64,000 nt of DNA from Macrostomum lignano (taxonomy: Eukaryota): assembly GCA_002269645.1 (NCBI GenBank), contig NIVC01001149.1:62001-126000 (forward strand). The letters are read 5' to 3'. Position numbers and translations under genes: made by a program. Position 1 is the stretch's first letter. Every line of letters starts with the position of its first letter. Under the pieces are notes generated by a model that did not search any database, was not told where the DNA came from, and saw nothing but the letters and a program-made list of their open reading frames with translations. This document shows, piece by piece, positions 28,813 to 41,539 of this stretch.

Positions 28813-31325
28813 GTTTTACTAGATTTCGAATGAGTCTCTCTTTCACAGACAAGTCACTGGTTGGAATCGCATCTAAATCAGCTATCATTTTTTCATCAGC
28901 TATATGCTTCTTTGCTAGAGCTTCTTCTGGATTTAAAGATGTTTTTTTCAGCATCTCTATGAGTCATTGCGGTCTAAATATCTAATCCTGTTCCTAGAAA
29001 AATCTGCTTACTGAAGCCCATTTTTACTGTGATATTTTAGTACAATTATTGTGCCAAGAAGCTAAAAATATCTCTATTTCCTTTTCCGGAATGTAATTCA
29101 GTTATATTCTTCAGAAATCTTTGGCATTTTTATAATGAAAAAATTGAAGACGCGTTTTTGTCAATCCAAAGATGGTAAAATGCTACTTTATTCGTATGAA
29201 GTTCTGGCTTGGCCAGCAAAAGATGTTTTTAACTTGCTACTTATGTAAGTAAAATGCTTTGAACGAAATTAAATGTTTCATTTTGACAATTCAGGATTTT
29301 CCTGACAATTGCAGCTAGTGTAGCTAGGACTTTAGAAGCTAGTCCTCCTCATGATCATCCGTGTCTGGGGCCGGCGCCGTGTCCGGGGCCGGCGCCACTG
29401 TCCGCGGACTTGGACTCCGGGCTCGGCAAACTGCGGAAATAAAGAACTAGCAATCTGAGCAACCCTTCAGGGTGGGCAAATATTAAACATACATTTTAAC
29501 TCTCAAGGCTTGTCGTATTGTTGTCAAGGGTTGCTGCATTGTCGTAACTATCTTCAGCAAGCATCCCCCAGTAGACAGCAAGAATTTCCACAGCAGACAG
29601 CAAGCATTCCCCCAGCAGACAGCAAGCTTTCCCTGCATTCAAGTAGAACTTCTAGGGGGTAGTCAGGAGGGGGTTGCTACTTTAGTTATATAAGATTTAG
29701 GGCCTGAACACGCAACTTAAGCTGCTGAAAGATGCAAGCGCTAAATGCAAATTCGAGTAACAGAAAGTCATTCCACACTTAGGAATGAAACGCTGCATTC
29801 AGAGTTTGGGGGAGTCAAGTTGTTTTTACTCACTTAGATGGAGGATTTCTGTAAAGAAACGACGCACTATATATTTTCAGTCGATGCCTAAGTGTGCATG
29901 TAATGATTGTGCGAAGGATTAGGGGACTACAAGTCAACGCAAGTTTCTAAGTGATGAAGCACACCCTTGACAAGTGAGTTAAGGGGGGATTAAGCGATGG
30001 CACAAGGTGCATAGAGTACATTACACATGCAACTCCACCCACAGCGCACAAGCCAAGTCACCAAGTCGCCAAGTCACCTCTTATTTTACAGTATAAGATT
30101 TCAATATCAATAAAAATGAACAGAGAAGGTAATCGTCAAGAAGAAACTAACCTCTAGCGTTGTATAATACAGCGTGTTTTCTTCAATGAATGAATCCATG
30201 GAAATCTGAAGAGATAAGTGAGATAAATTCACATATTCATTGATAAATCATTCATTGATAAATCTATAGGCAAAAACTTATAGACATGGTCGCCAGTCAC
30301 TATTAGAGACATGGCCACCATGTCAATGAAACTTGCATGGCAGCTGTATCATTAATATTGAATGGGTTCACACGACACTGTGGGTGGCCATGTCTCTAAT
30401 ATGGGAGCTTATAGGCACGGCTGCCATGCATAATAATCATCAATCACAAATTGGATGTAAAAATAGATTGACTGATTTGTAAAAAGTCAGAGTTTTTTGT
30501 ACTTATTTTAAATTAAACTTGTACTTAAGATTGAGTGTTACTTCTATTAAAAATAATTTAATTTATTTTTAGGCTATAGAAGAAAAAATAGCTATATGTA
30601 TATTATGCCTATGAATATACAAAAAGCTATCTTTTTATCAGTGTGCCATTGTGTAGTAACATGCAATTTTATCTAACTTATCTCTGCATTGTTTTCCAAT
30701 TAGAAAATAAAAAAAGTTAGAGCTGCCTCTTTCACCTCATTTTAAAATATGATTTCTTATGGGAATTCGTTTGTAATTTATTGATACACTTATTTTAGTG
30801 AGCACCAAGAGCTAGGCAAAACTTTTTTGCAAAATATAAATTTGTAATCATTTTTGCATAAGAAATTAAATGGAAAAATAAAAACCCATGGTGCTTAACA
30901 AAATAATTGCATTAAATTTTTATAGGCAAAATACATTGACTAAAACAATTTTCTTAATTGCAAGAATTTAATCAATTAATCCATATGATATATTATTGGA
31001 AAGTATTTTTCCAATAGAATATGTCTTTTTCTACCACTTATTTCTATTCTTTGTTATCTAGGTTATTTTTAAGCTAGAAAAAAGTTTTTTCACATTTTTT
31101 CATTTGGTCATATTTATATTTATCTCATTGAAGTCCCTACTAACAGCTATGGATATGGATCTTGCATTGCCATTGCCATTAAAATATGGGCAGTTGTTAT
31201 TGTTATGGTGACAAGCGTCTAGCGAGACAGTTAACACTTATGGTTATGGTTAACACTTGAAACAATTACCATCTAAGTAAGTACTGAGAAAAGTACTGAG
31301 AGAAAGGATGGGGAAATATACAAGA

Positions 31326-31333
31326 AAGATTCG

Positions 31334-31391
<58 letters not shown>
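31326..31391. repeat. (GA)n microsatellite
   Basis: Direct observation. Confidence 0.98.
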
Positions 31392-31414
<23 letters not shown>

Positions 31415-31496
31415 GTGCTGTGACCCTCTAATCTTGGGAACACCCGACTAGGACTCATTATTGAAGTTCATGTACCTGTACTAGACTGCTCAGGCC

Positions 31497-31660
31497 ATAC
31501 ATAAGACGCTACCAGACATACATAAGACGATACCAGACTAATACATAAGACGCTACCAGACTAATATATAAGACGCTACCAGACTAATACATAAGACGCT
31601 ACCAGACTAATATATAGGACGCTACCAGACTAATACATAAGACGCTATCCGTACGCTACT
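31497..31660. repeat. ~23-bp minisatellite (acataagacgctaccagactaat)
   Basis: About 6-7 tandem units. Confidence 0.92.
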
Positions 31661-33570
31661 GAAACCGCTATATTTAAATAAAAATTCCAAGAAATTACTA
31701 AGAAATATTAGTATAGAGGCAAAAAACCTGTCACAACTTGGTGGCATTAGTGGGATATTATCAAGAAAGAAGTCACCCCTACCACAACTTTGGTCCCTAC
31801 CACAACTTTGGTGGCAGCTTTAAGAATAATTTCATAGACAGAAGAATAACGCTTGTTACACTTTTAATTCCAACTAATGCTTGATTAGAACTTTTGACAA
31901 TTGACAATATATTCTTAACTTATTAATCTTAGCTTAGGAGTTTTTAAAAAAATTATATGCTTTTAAATGGCACTGCTACTGCTAGATTCATAGCTGTTAG
32001 AAAATGAACATTTGCAAAATTAAAATAAGAAATTATAAATGAAGCATTGCCAGCCATCATTATAAGATGTTTATACATTAAAGTTAGGCTTCCATTGCCA
32101 TTTACACTGTGACAGCTGTTAGAGAACTGGTTCTGGTGCTAGAACTAGTCATTACCAGTGGCTGTATCATATTTAACAGGTTATAACTGTTATAACTGAG
32201 TATAGCTCATAGGCAATGGCTAGATTCCTAGAGTTCCAGCACCGGAACCCATTTTCTAACGGCTATGGATCTGGCAGTGCCATTATTATAGAGATGGAAC
32301 AGATTTCTTAAAATTATTCTTAGTAGTATTGAATTATATGCTTCTATATGGCACTGCTGGATCCATAACTGCTAGAAAACGGGTTCCGGTGCCAGAACTC
32401 TAGCCATTACCATTGTCCATTACTGATTGAATATAGGCATATGCCTTGTCATGAAAATAACTTTGGCTGATAATTTTTACCAACGTTAAAACCAATGTTA
32501 AAATGTACAAAGCATGTGCATGATTCCACATGATGACTCACTCACCCGTCACCCCTCACTCCTTGGTCAGCTACCCCATAATTTTTGTCGTCTAGTATAT
32601 AGCCACCCCACTCTTACTATGTACATTTTAACATCAGTTTTAATGTTGGTAAAAACCAATCCGCCAAAGTTATATACATGCGTAGTCATGCAGCTCAGCA
32701 GCTGCAAGCAGAGCTGCAAAGATGGTTATGGCTAGAGTTCCAGCACCATAACTAGTCCCTAACAGCTGTGTAACTGACACTGCTGGATCTTCTATCTAGG
32801 GTAATATAGCCATAAGAAAACTGGCTACTGCCTATTGGCTTTGCTGCCAGAAGTCTACTCAAGCTAGCCTGAGCCTGTTGCCTTGCTTTTTTGGAACAAA
32901 AAACTTGACAAGGCAACTTTTGTTTTTTATCTTGAACTATATAGTTACTTAGAACTATATTCAAACTTATTTAGTTGCTGCGGGCCTTTAGACCACCACA
33001 AGTTTTAATGGTGGCCCAAAACTGGCATACATAGTAGGCATTTTTAGAATAGGGAAGAAATAGTAAGTCAGATTCAGATACCAATTGACATTCTTGTAAA
33101 ACTTGCAACTTATTCCCTTAACCTTGAAGTTTTACTTTCCTATAATGTTTGACAAAACTGGAGTGGAAGTTATTGTCCGCTTCTATGAATCTGTTTTTAT
33201 TAGGTTCGCTTGTTTCGCTTGTTTTTAGAAATGGCTGTCCAAGTCATGTTGATTAACATTTAAAGATTGGTCCAAATCAAAACTACACAGTATAACAACA
33301 ATGTACAAAAATAAATTTAGAACGCTATGCGTAGATATGAAATTCAATTAAAAATGTATAGTTGATTTTTTTTATTATAGCCTCTAATATACATGTTTTA
33401 AGCAAAGTTGTAAATACTACACACAATGTCCACCATGTCAAAATACTATTAGGCGGAAAATAAGAAAGACAAGAAGCATCATAAAACATTTCAAGTGAAA
33501 AATGGCAAGACAGTTTTAGCAATAATGAAAACAGAAAAACAGTGACACGAACGTGAGCATGTGTATATTT

Positions 33571-33627
33571 TCTTTTCCTCCTCCTTTTTTATCCGGGCTG
33601 GGGACCGGGAATAGCGGAATTAAAAGA
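33571..33627 (-). ncRNA. Twister ribozyme-like motif, type P1 (copy 1)
   Basis: UCUUU UAA UUCC GCU AUU C CCGG UCCC CAGC CCGG AUAAAAAA GGAG GA GGA AAAGA: P1, P2, P4, UAA cleavage loop, GC/GC pseudoknot and GA core align with the rice twister as recalled. Confidence 0.75.
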
Positions 33628-34120
33628 TTTGACTAAACGCAAGAATCACAAATTTGGTGGCCCTGAGAAGGGCTGTTTTGTCGTTCAGGGGTCACTCATT
33701 TATAGGTCGGTGACCAAGAACTTACGCACACCACGACTGCATAAGTGCAGTGGCAGTGGTCCACTTCTGCAAGCCGCCAGACTGGCCAGCGTGGCTAGGC
33801 TTGGCACTTTGCCAGTTGCGGCACGTTTGGCAGCCAAACGAACTGACCAACGATATTTTGCAAAAACGGTCCGCACTGCGCAGCGTTGCCAGTCGAAACC
33901 GGGCTTAGGCGGCGCGGAGGTAGAACACGAGCTGGCGCTGGAGCTGGCACAGCTGGCCCCTTGCACCATGAAGTTTGCCCCCAAAAGCAGCCTGGCCCAT
34001 TGCAGATTGCGTAGAAATCATTGTCTCTTGGACAATGTTTCCTACGGCACGTATTCGCCAGCAACTTTCGGCAGCAGCCTTAATGGTGCAAGGGGCACCA
34101 TTCATCTTCTGCCACCTCAG
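33571..34120 (-). mobile_element. Unclassified retroposed element ending in the twister motif
   Basis: 33571-33720 recurs at 40973-41125; 33985-34066 recurs inverted at about 41131-41215; upstream boundary uncertain. Confidence 0.55.
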
Positions 34121-34727
34121 TAGCAGACTGGCGCGACAATAGACAGCCCTGGAATCATTTTGTGAACAGAAATGATAATCCCACAAAAAATAAAAAACTA
34201 GCCAACATCTAGCCAACTGCCCACCTAGCCACCCAACTCCCCATCTAGCCACCCAACTCCCCACCTAGCCACCAACGATCCACCTCCGCTTATCTCTACT
34301 CATCTCCGCTCCAGCCTGAGGTAAAAAATAATAGAAAAACAAGGCTACTGTACATATGCTTTGTGCATGATAAAACAACATCGTTGGTGCGTGTTTTTTG
34401 GATTTGTCATCAACAAGTAATTAGTGATGCCATATTGTATTGCATTTTGTGAGTGGCGCGTCCGCTTACAGTACTCCTTAGTCTTTAGACTTACACTAGC
34501 AATCTACGCCCCCCGTTGGGGAGCCAAAGAAATGCAATACACGTTTTTTTAATAAACTACATGTATCCTTGAAATCTTAAAAAATCTCCTGTCAAACCTT
34601 GTAAGCCTTGACATGTCAGTAATTCCCCCCCCCCCACAAGCTTTAACATATCAACTTCCCCCCTTGACATCTCAGCAATGCCCCAAATAAGCCTTGGAAA
34701 TCTAAAAATATCTGTCAACCTTCTAAC

Positions 34728-34772
34728 CCTAACCCTAGCCTAACCCTAACCCTAACCCTAACCCTAACCCTA
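34728..34772 (+). repeat. Interstitial (CCCTAA)n run inside a degenerate ~460-bp repeat
   Basis: taaccctaaccctaacc run; flanking blocks recur near 34500, 34940 and 35415. Confidence 0.85.
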
Positions 34773-35699
34773 ACCTAACCCTAAAGCATTGAAATTTCAG
34801 TAATTCTCTCTAAGAGTCATTATAGCACTACTACAGCATTATAGCGATTCCCTGCAAGCCTCGACATCGTAGAGATTCCCAAATGAATCTCTTAACTTCG
34901 ACATGAAGCTTATTTTATTTTTTACATTACGCTTTTTTTATCAGCGATCCCTCCCCAGAGGAGGCATCAAATAATGTAATAAAAAGTTTTCAATAAACTA
35001 CATGTAGCTTCTGACTTTAGCCTTGAAATCTCATTTATACCCCCGTGAACCTTGACATCTCAGATATTCCCCCCGTAAGTCTTAACATGTCAGCGATGGC
35101 CCCCATAAACCTTGAAATCTAAAAAATCCCCTGTTATTCTGTTAACCTTGAAATCCGATAAAATATAACCCTCAACCCACACCTGACCTAAACCTAACTT
35201 TAACCCAACCTAAAGCCTTGAAATCTCAGCAATTCTTCTCCCCTAAGCCTTGACATTTTAGTGATTCCTTCTTTAAGAATCACAGCACTATAACGATTTC
35301 CACCAAGCTTTGACATCGTAGCAATTCCCAAATGAATCTTTTAACTTCGACATGACTTTTCTTTTATGTATACGTAGTGCTACTTTTATTTTTTACATGA
35401 CTCTTCTTCTATCAGCGCCCCCCCCCGTGGCGAGCCAACAAATAATGCAATAAAAAATTGAGTAAAGTACATGAACTTTGAAGTAGCTTCTGACTTTTGC
35501 TTTGACATCTCAGAACCCCCCCCCGTAATCTCAGTTATTCTCTGAGAGCCTTTACGTCTCAGTTTTTCTCCCCAGCACAGCATTATAGCTGCATTTAATT
35601 TTTACATGACACCCTTCATGTCTGACATGACGCTTCTTTTATTCTACCATGATGCTTCTTAATTTTTTAAATGACACTTTCATTAGTTTTTAAATGAGG

Positions 35700-36950
35700 C
35701 TCCTATGATTTTTTCATGACGCTTCTATGATTTTTACATGACACTTCTATGATTTTTTATATGACGCTTCTATGATTGTTTATATGACGCTTCTATGCTT
35801 TTTACATGACGCTTCTATGATTTTTTTACATAACGCTTCCATGATTGTTTACATGACGCTTCTATGATTGTTTACATGACGCTTCTATGATTGTTTACAT
35901 GACGCTTCTATGATTTTTTACATGACGCTTCTATGATTATTTCATGACGCTTCTACGATTTCTGCAGGACGCTTCAATGATTTTTACATGACGCTTTTAT
36001 GATTTTTACATGACGCTTCTATGATTGTTTACATGACGCTTCTATGATTGTTTATACGACGCTTCTATGATTTTTACATGACGCTTCTATGCTTTTTACA
36101 TGACGCTTCTATGATTGTTTACATGACGCTTCTATGATTGTTTCATGACGCTTCTATGATTGTTTACATGACGCTTCTATGATTGTTTACATGACGCTTC
36201 TATGATTGTTTACATGACGCTTCTATGATTGTTTATACGACGCTTCTATGATTTTTACATGACGCTTCTATGCTTTTTACATGACGCTTCTATGATTTTT
36301 TACATGACGCTTCTATGATTGTTTCATGACGCTTCTATGATTGTTTACATGACGCTTCTATGATTTTTTACATGACGCTTCTATGATTGTTTACATGACG
36401 CTTCTATGATTGTTTATACGACGCTTCTATGATTTTTACATGACGCTTCTATGCTTTTTACATGACGCTTTTATGATTTTTTACATGACGCTTCTATGAT
36501 TGTTTCATGACGCTTCTATGATTTTTTACATGGCGCTTCTATGATTGTTTACATGACGCTTCTATGATTTTTTACATGACGCTTCTATGATTGTTTACAT
36601 GACGCTTCCATGATTTTTTACATGACGCTTCTATGATTGTTTACATGACGCTTCTATGATTGTTTACATGACGCTTCTATGATTGTTTACATGACGCTTC
36701 TATGATTGTTTACATGACGCTTCTATGATTTTTATATGACGCTTCTATGATTGTTTACATGACGCTTCTATGATTGTTTACATGACGCTTCTATGATTGT
36801 TTAAATGATGCTTCTATGATTGTTTACATGACGCTTCTATGATTTTTTACATGACGCTTCTATGATTTTTTACATGACGCTTCTATGATTGTTTACATGT
36901 CGCTTCTATGATTTTTTACATGACGCTTCTATGATTTTTACATGACGATT
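35700..36950. repeat. 22-24-bp minisatellite (acatgacgcttctatgatt[g/t]ttt), about 50+ copies
   Basis: Direct observation. Confidence 0.98.
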
Positions 36951-37539
36951 CTTTTTAAAAAGTCTTTTAGTTTTCCTGACGTTGAAAAGCTTTAATTAAA
37001 AAATTATACTCTATGAAAATTCGAACCATCGTCGCTGCATTTAACAGTTCAGTTTGTTCACCTCTAGGCTAGCTCTCATCGTTTTGATAACATCAAATTT
37101 TGCACTTATATAATTCAACACTTTAAAATCCAAGCATAGAGTAAATCACACGAAGCAGTTATGACATAATCAGTTTCTCAGTCAGTCAGTATCAGTTAAC
37201 AATATGGTTACGCAATCTAAATCAAGTCTGGTGCTACGCTTCCACACTGCATTTTCAATTCAAGTCGGAGTTACAATTCAGTTATGATGCAATCTATTTC
37301 AGAATCAGAATTCAACCAGTCAGTTTTTTCTCTAGCATTCTTACAATGCATTTCAAGTCGAAAAGTTTGCTTGACCTTTGCAAAAAAGCATGTTTTTCGA
37401 ATATTTAATGCCTTTAGCATCAAGAAATTTCTTAGCCACGATGCATGTACAGTCACGGGAAAATTTCTGATCGAACAGTGCAAGTTCGAACAAAATCGGT
37501 ACAGCCATTTTTTCTCTAATCGATCACATAGACACAGAC

Positions 37540-40500
37540 AGACCATTTTTAGTATATACGAGGCCAACTCCTCCTCTGGAGGAGAAAGGGGAAGAATTCC
37601 CATCACCGGTACTCCATTCCCTGAAATGCCATTCCCTGAATCCCATCATCCAACTTCTCTCCGCGAAACTGAACATCATCGAAATCTTCTCCGTAAAAGA
37701 GAACTCCATCAAACACCTCTCCGTGAAACTGACATTCATCAAAATCCCCTCCGAGAAATAGAAATCCTCTCCGTGAAACTGGACTCCATGGAAATCCTCT
37801 CCGTGAAACTGACATTCATCAAAATCCCCTCCGAGAAACAGAAATCCTCTCCGTGAAACTGGACTCCATGGAAATCCTCTCCGTGAAACTGACATTCATC
37901 AAAATCCCCTCCGAGAAACAGAAATCCTCTCCGTGAAACTGGACTCCATGGAAATCCTCTCCGTGAAACTGACATCCATCAAAATCGTCTCCGCGAAACA
38001 GAAATTCTCTCCATTAAACTGGACTGAATCGAAATTTTCTCCGTAAAAAAGAATCAACTCTCAGGATTTAGTGGTTAGGGTTAGGGTTAGGGTTAGGGTT
38101 AGAGCTACAACGCAGCAGCGTGTTGAACCAATTGAATTAATTGAATGCGCAACCGATTTCACAGTCAGTCAGTATCAGTCTCGGTAAAAGTTAACAAAAA
38201 GATTGCGCAAACTAAATCAACCCTCCAATACACAGCGACTGACCCCCTTCCAATACGCAGTGGCAATTAAAAGTTGAACCCCCCCTCCCACCAACTTTTG
38301 GGGGTTGGTCGAACCCCCATTGAACTCCAAAATGAGTACACTGCCGAAAGTTAAAAGTATGGAAATCGTTTTTTAAATGCTGTGCTTTTTGTTTTCACAT
38401 TTAAAGCAAACAACTTATATCCCCGAACTCAGTATTGCAAGATCTTTCCAGTAATATAAGTCTCTCTTCTGAAAGTTTAAAACTCGAGGAACAGTTAGCG
38501 CTTGAAATTTCCTGATTTAAAGCATTAAAGTATCGAGTGTACGTTCACAGCCTGCTAAAGAGGCTCGCAAGTTTATTCATTAAATTTTACTGCCCAGCAA
38601 ATACACATGGCTGCCTATTGAATGCCGCCGATAATAAAACCAATTAAATCTCGACACAGTCCTAGCTATCTCCTTACACTGTACAACTGCTATGTACACT
38701 CAGCCCAAGCCCAACCCCCTCCCATTCCGGGGGAATCGTTAAATTTAATTGAACCCCCCAACACGCGGGGGTTATTTGCATTGAACGCGGAACACGCGCA
38801 CCCACCACCCCTCAATACACAGCGGCCCGCGGGCGGAGGTTGGGGTGGCTATTTTTACAAACTGGCTGCAGCCCCAGGCAGAGTGGCCAAAGAAGGTTAT
38901 TGAGGGTTAAAAAAACAGTTTTCTGCTTTTCTAGGGATCTTAAAATGAAAAAATGAAAGATTAAAATTGCTATAAACCCAATCCGGAAAATTTGCAGTTT
39001 TCCCATATAAGTTTCAACGCTGACTTGCCAGTAGTCTAGGAGAAAAATTGCAACACACAAACAAACAACGCACCAGTTTTAGTATTAAGACGAGGCCAAC
39101 TCCTCCTCTGGAGGAGAAAGGGGAAGAATTCCCATTACCGGTACTCCATTCCCTGAAATGCCATTCCCTGAATCCCATCATCCAACTCCTCTCCGCGAAA
39201 CTGAACATCATCGAAATCTTCTCCGTAAAAGAGAACTCCATCAAACACCTCTCCGTGAAACTGACATTCATCAAAATCCCCTCCGAGAAATAGAAATCCT
39301 CTCCGTGAAACTGGACTCCATGGAAATCCTCTCCGTGAAACTGACATTCATCAAAATCCCCTCCGAGAAACAGAAATCCTCTCCGTGAAACTGGACTCCA
39401 TGGAAATCCTCTCCGTGAAACTGACATTCATCAAAATCCCCTCCGAGAAACAGAAATCCTCTCCGTGAAACTGGACTCCATGGAAATCCTCTCCGTGAAA
39501 CTGACATCCATCAAAATCGTCTCCGCGAAACAGAAATTCTCTCCATTAAACTGGACTGAATCGAAATTTTCTCCGTAAAAAAGAATCAACTCTCAGGATT
39601 TAGTGGTTAGGGTTAGGGTTAGGGTTAGGGTTAGAGCTACAACGCAGCAGCGTGTTGAATTAATTGAATGCGCAACCGATTTCACAGTCAGTCAGTATCA
39701 GTCTCGGTAAAAGTTAACAAAAATATTGCGCAAACTAAATCAACCCTCCAATACACAGCGACTGACCCCCTTCCTATACGCAGTGGCAATTAAAAGTTGA
39801 ACCCCCCCCTCCCACCAACTGTTGGGGGGTTGGTCGAACCATCATTGAACTCCAAAATGAGTACACTGCCGAAAGTTAAAAGTATGGAAATCGTTTTTTA
39901 AATGCTGTGCTTTTTGTTTTCACATTTAAAGCAAATAACTTATATCCCGAACTCAGTATTGCAAGATCTTTCCAGTAATATAAGTCTCTCCTCTGAAAGT
40001 TTAAAACTCGAGGAACAGTTAGCGCTTGAAATTTCCTGATTTAAAGCATTAAAGTATCGAGTGTACGTTCACAGCCTGCTAAAGAGGCTCGCAAGTTTAT
40101 TCATTAAATTTTACTGCCCAGCAAATACACATGGCTGCCTATTGAATGCCGCCGATAATAAAACCAATTAAATCTCGACACAGTCCTAGCTATCTCCTTA
40201 CACTGTACAACTGCTATGTACACTCAGCCCAAGCCCAACCCCCTCCCATTCCGGGGGAATCGTTAAATTTAATTGAACCCCCCAACACGCGGGGGGGGGT
40301 TATTTGCATTGAACGCGGAACACGCGCACCCACCACCCCTCAATACACGGCGGCCCGCGGGCGGAGGTTGGGGTGGCTATTTTTACAAACTGGCAGCAGC
40401 CCCAGGCAGAGTGGCCAAAGAAGGTTATTGAGGGTTAAAAAAACAGTTTTCTGCTTTTTTAGGGATCTTAAAATGTAAAAATGAAAGATTAAAATAGCTA

Positions 40501-40620
40501 TAAACCCAATCCGGAAAATTTGCAGTTTTCCCATATAAGTTTCAACGCTGACTTGCCAGTAGTTTAGGAGAAAAATTGCAACACACAAACAAACATCGCA
40601 CCACTTTTAGTATTAAGAGA
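37540..40620. repeat. Recent tandem duplication, unit about 1.53 kb (2 copies + stub), each with ctccgtgaaact subrepeats and (TTAGGG)5
   Basis: gaggccaactcctcctctgg at 37560 and 39092; stub at about 40600-40620; TTAGGG runs at 38073-38102 and about 39604-39633. Confidence 0.93.
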
Positions 40621-40972
40621 GGATTGTGTACGTTGCAAACTCGTAATACACGAATACTAAAACTCTTAATTACAAGTTTTGCAATAGTATAGTTTCAGCT
40701 TTGCGTGCCTCTATTTTCTGTGTCCCTCACTAAGGGAGGAGGGGTAGAAGAATGGAGGAGAGAAGGGTAGAATGTAGGCGAGAAGGGGTAGAATGAGGAG
40801 AGAATATTTATTTGCACCTCAATGCACCAATACAGGACCCACACAATTGAAAACAATATTAAATCGAGCAGAAAACACGCAGCTTTATGCACTCGCAGTA
40901 TCGTTATATTCAGCTGTTCCAATGCAGCTCCTAGCAGGCCAAGCCCGAACCCTTTCCCTTCCCCAGCCCGAA

Positions 40973-41031
40973 CCTTTCTCTCCTCTTTTTTCATTCCGGG
41001 GGCTGGGGACCGGCAATGGCGGAGTTAAAAG
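40973..41031 (-). ncRNA. Twister ribozyme-like motif, type P1 (copy 2)
   Basis: UCUUU UAA CUCC GCC AUU G CCGG UCCC CAGC C CCGG AAUGAAAAA AGAG GA GAG AAAGG. Confidence 0.72.
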
Positions 41032-41539
41032 ATTTGACTAGCGCAAGCATCAATAATTTGGTGGCCCTGAGAAGGCCGCTTTAGCGTTCAGGGGTCACTC
41101 ATTCTATAGGTCGGTGACCCAAAACCTATAGGTTGCTGGCCAATACGTGCCGTAGGAAACATTGTCCAAGAGACAATGATTTCTACGCAATCTACAATGT
41201 GCCAGGCTGCTTTTTAGTGGTCACCTCAGAAGTCAACATCCGTACGGAACTCCAAGTCGCCCATGGACATCATCACACCGGCCTTCTCGAAGTTCATGAA
41301 GTCAAACGGATTTCCCATAAAAACTCACGAGTGCTTTTGCTTTCTTCCAAAAACTTTGCGAACTCTGTCTCAAAGCGCAAAAATGCCATCTCTTCAACCT
41401 TTCGGCGACTTTGCAACCAAGCAGCTGAAAATGGATGAAAACCAATTTTTCATTCAGACTGATAATATATGAAAAAATAATAAATATGAACATACAATAT
41501 CACAATGACATACGAATTAATTCAAACAAATAAAATACT

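Noticed and set aside
38073-38102. True telomere or chromosome fusion site (also 34728 and 39604)
   Set aside because: Only about 5-7 units embedded in duplicated repeat units.
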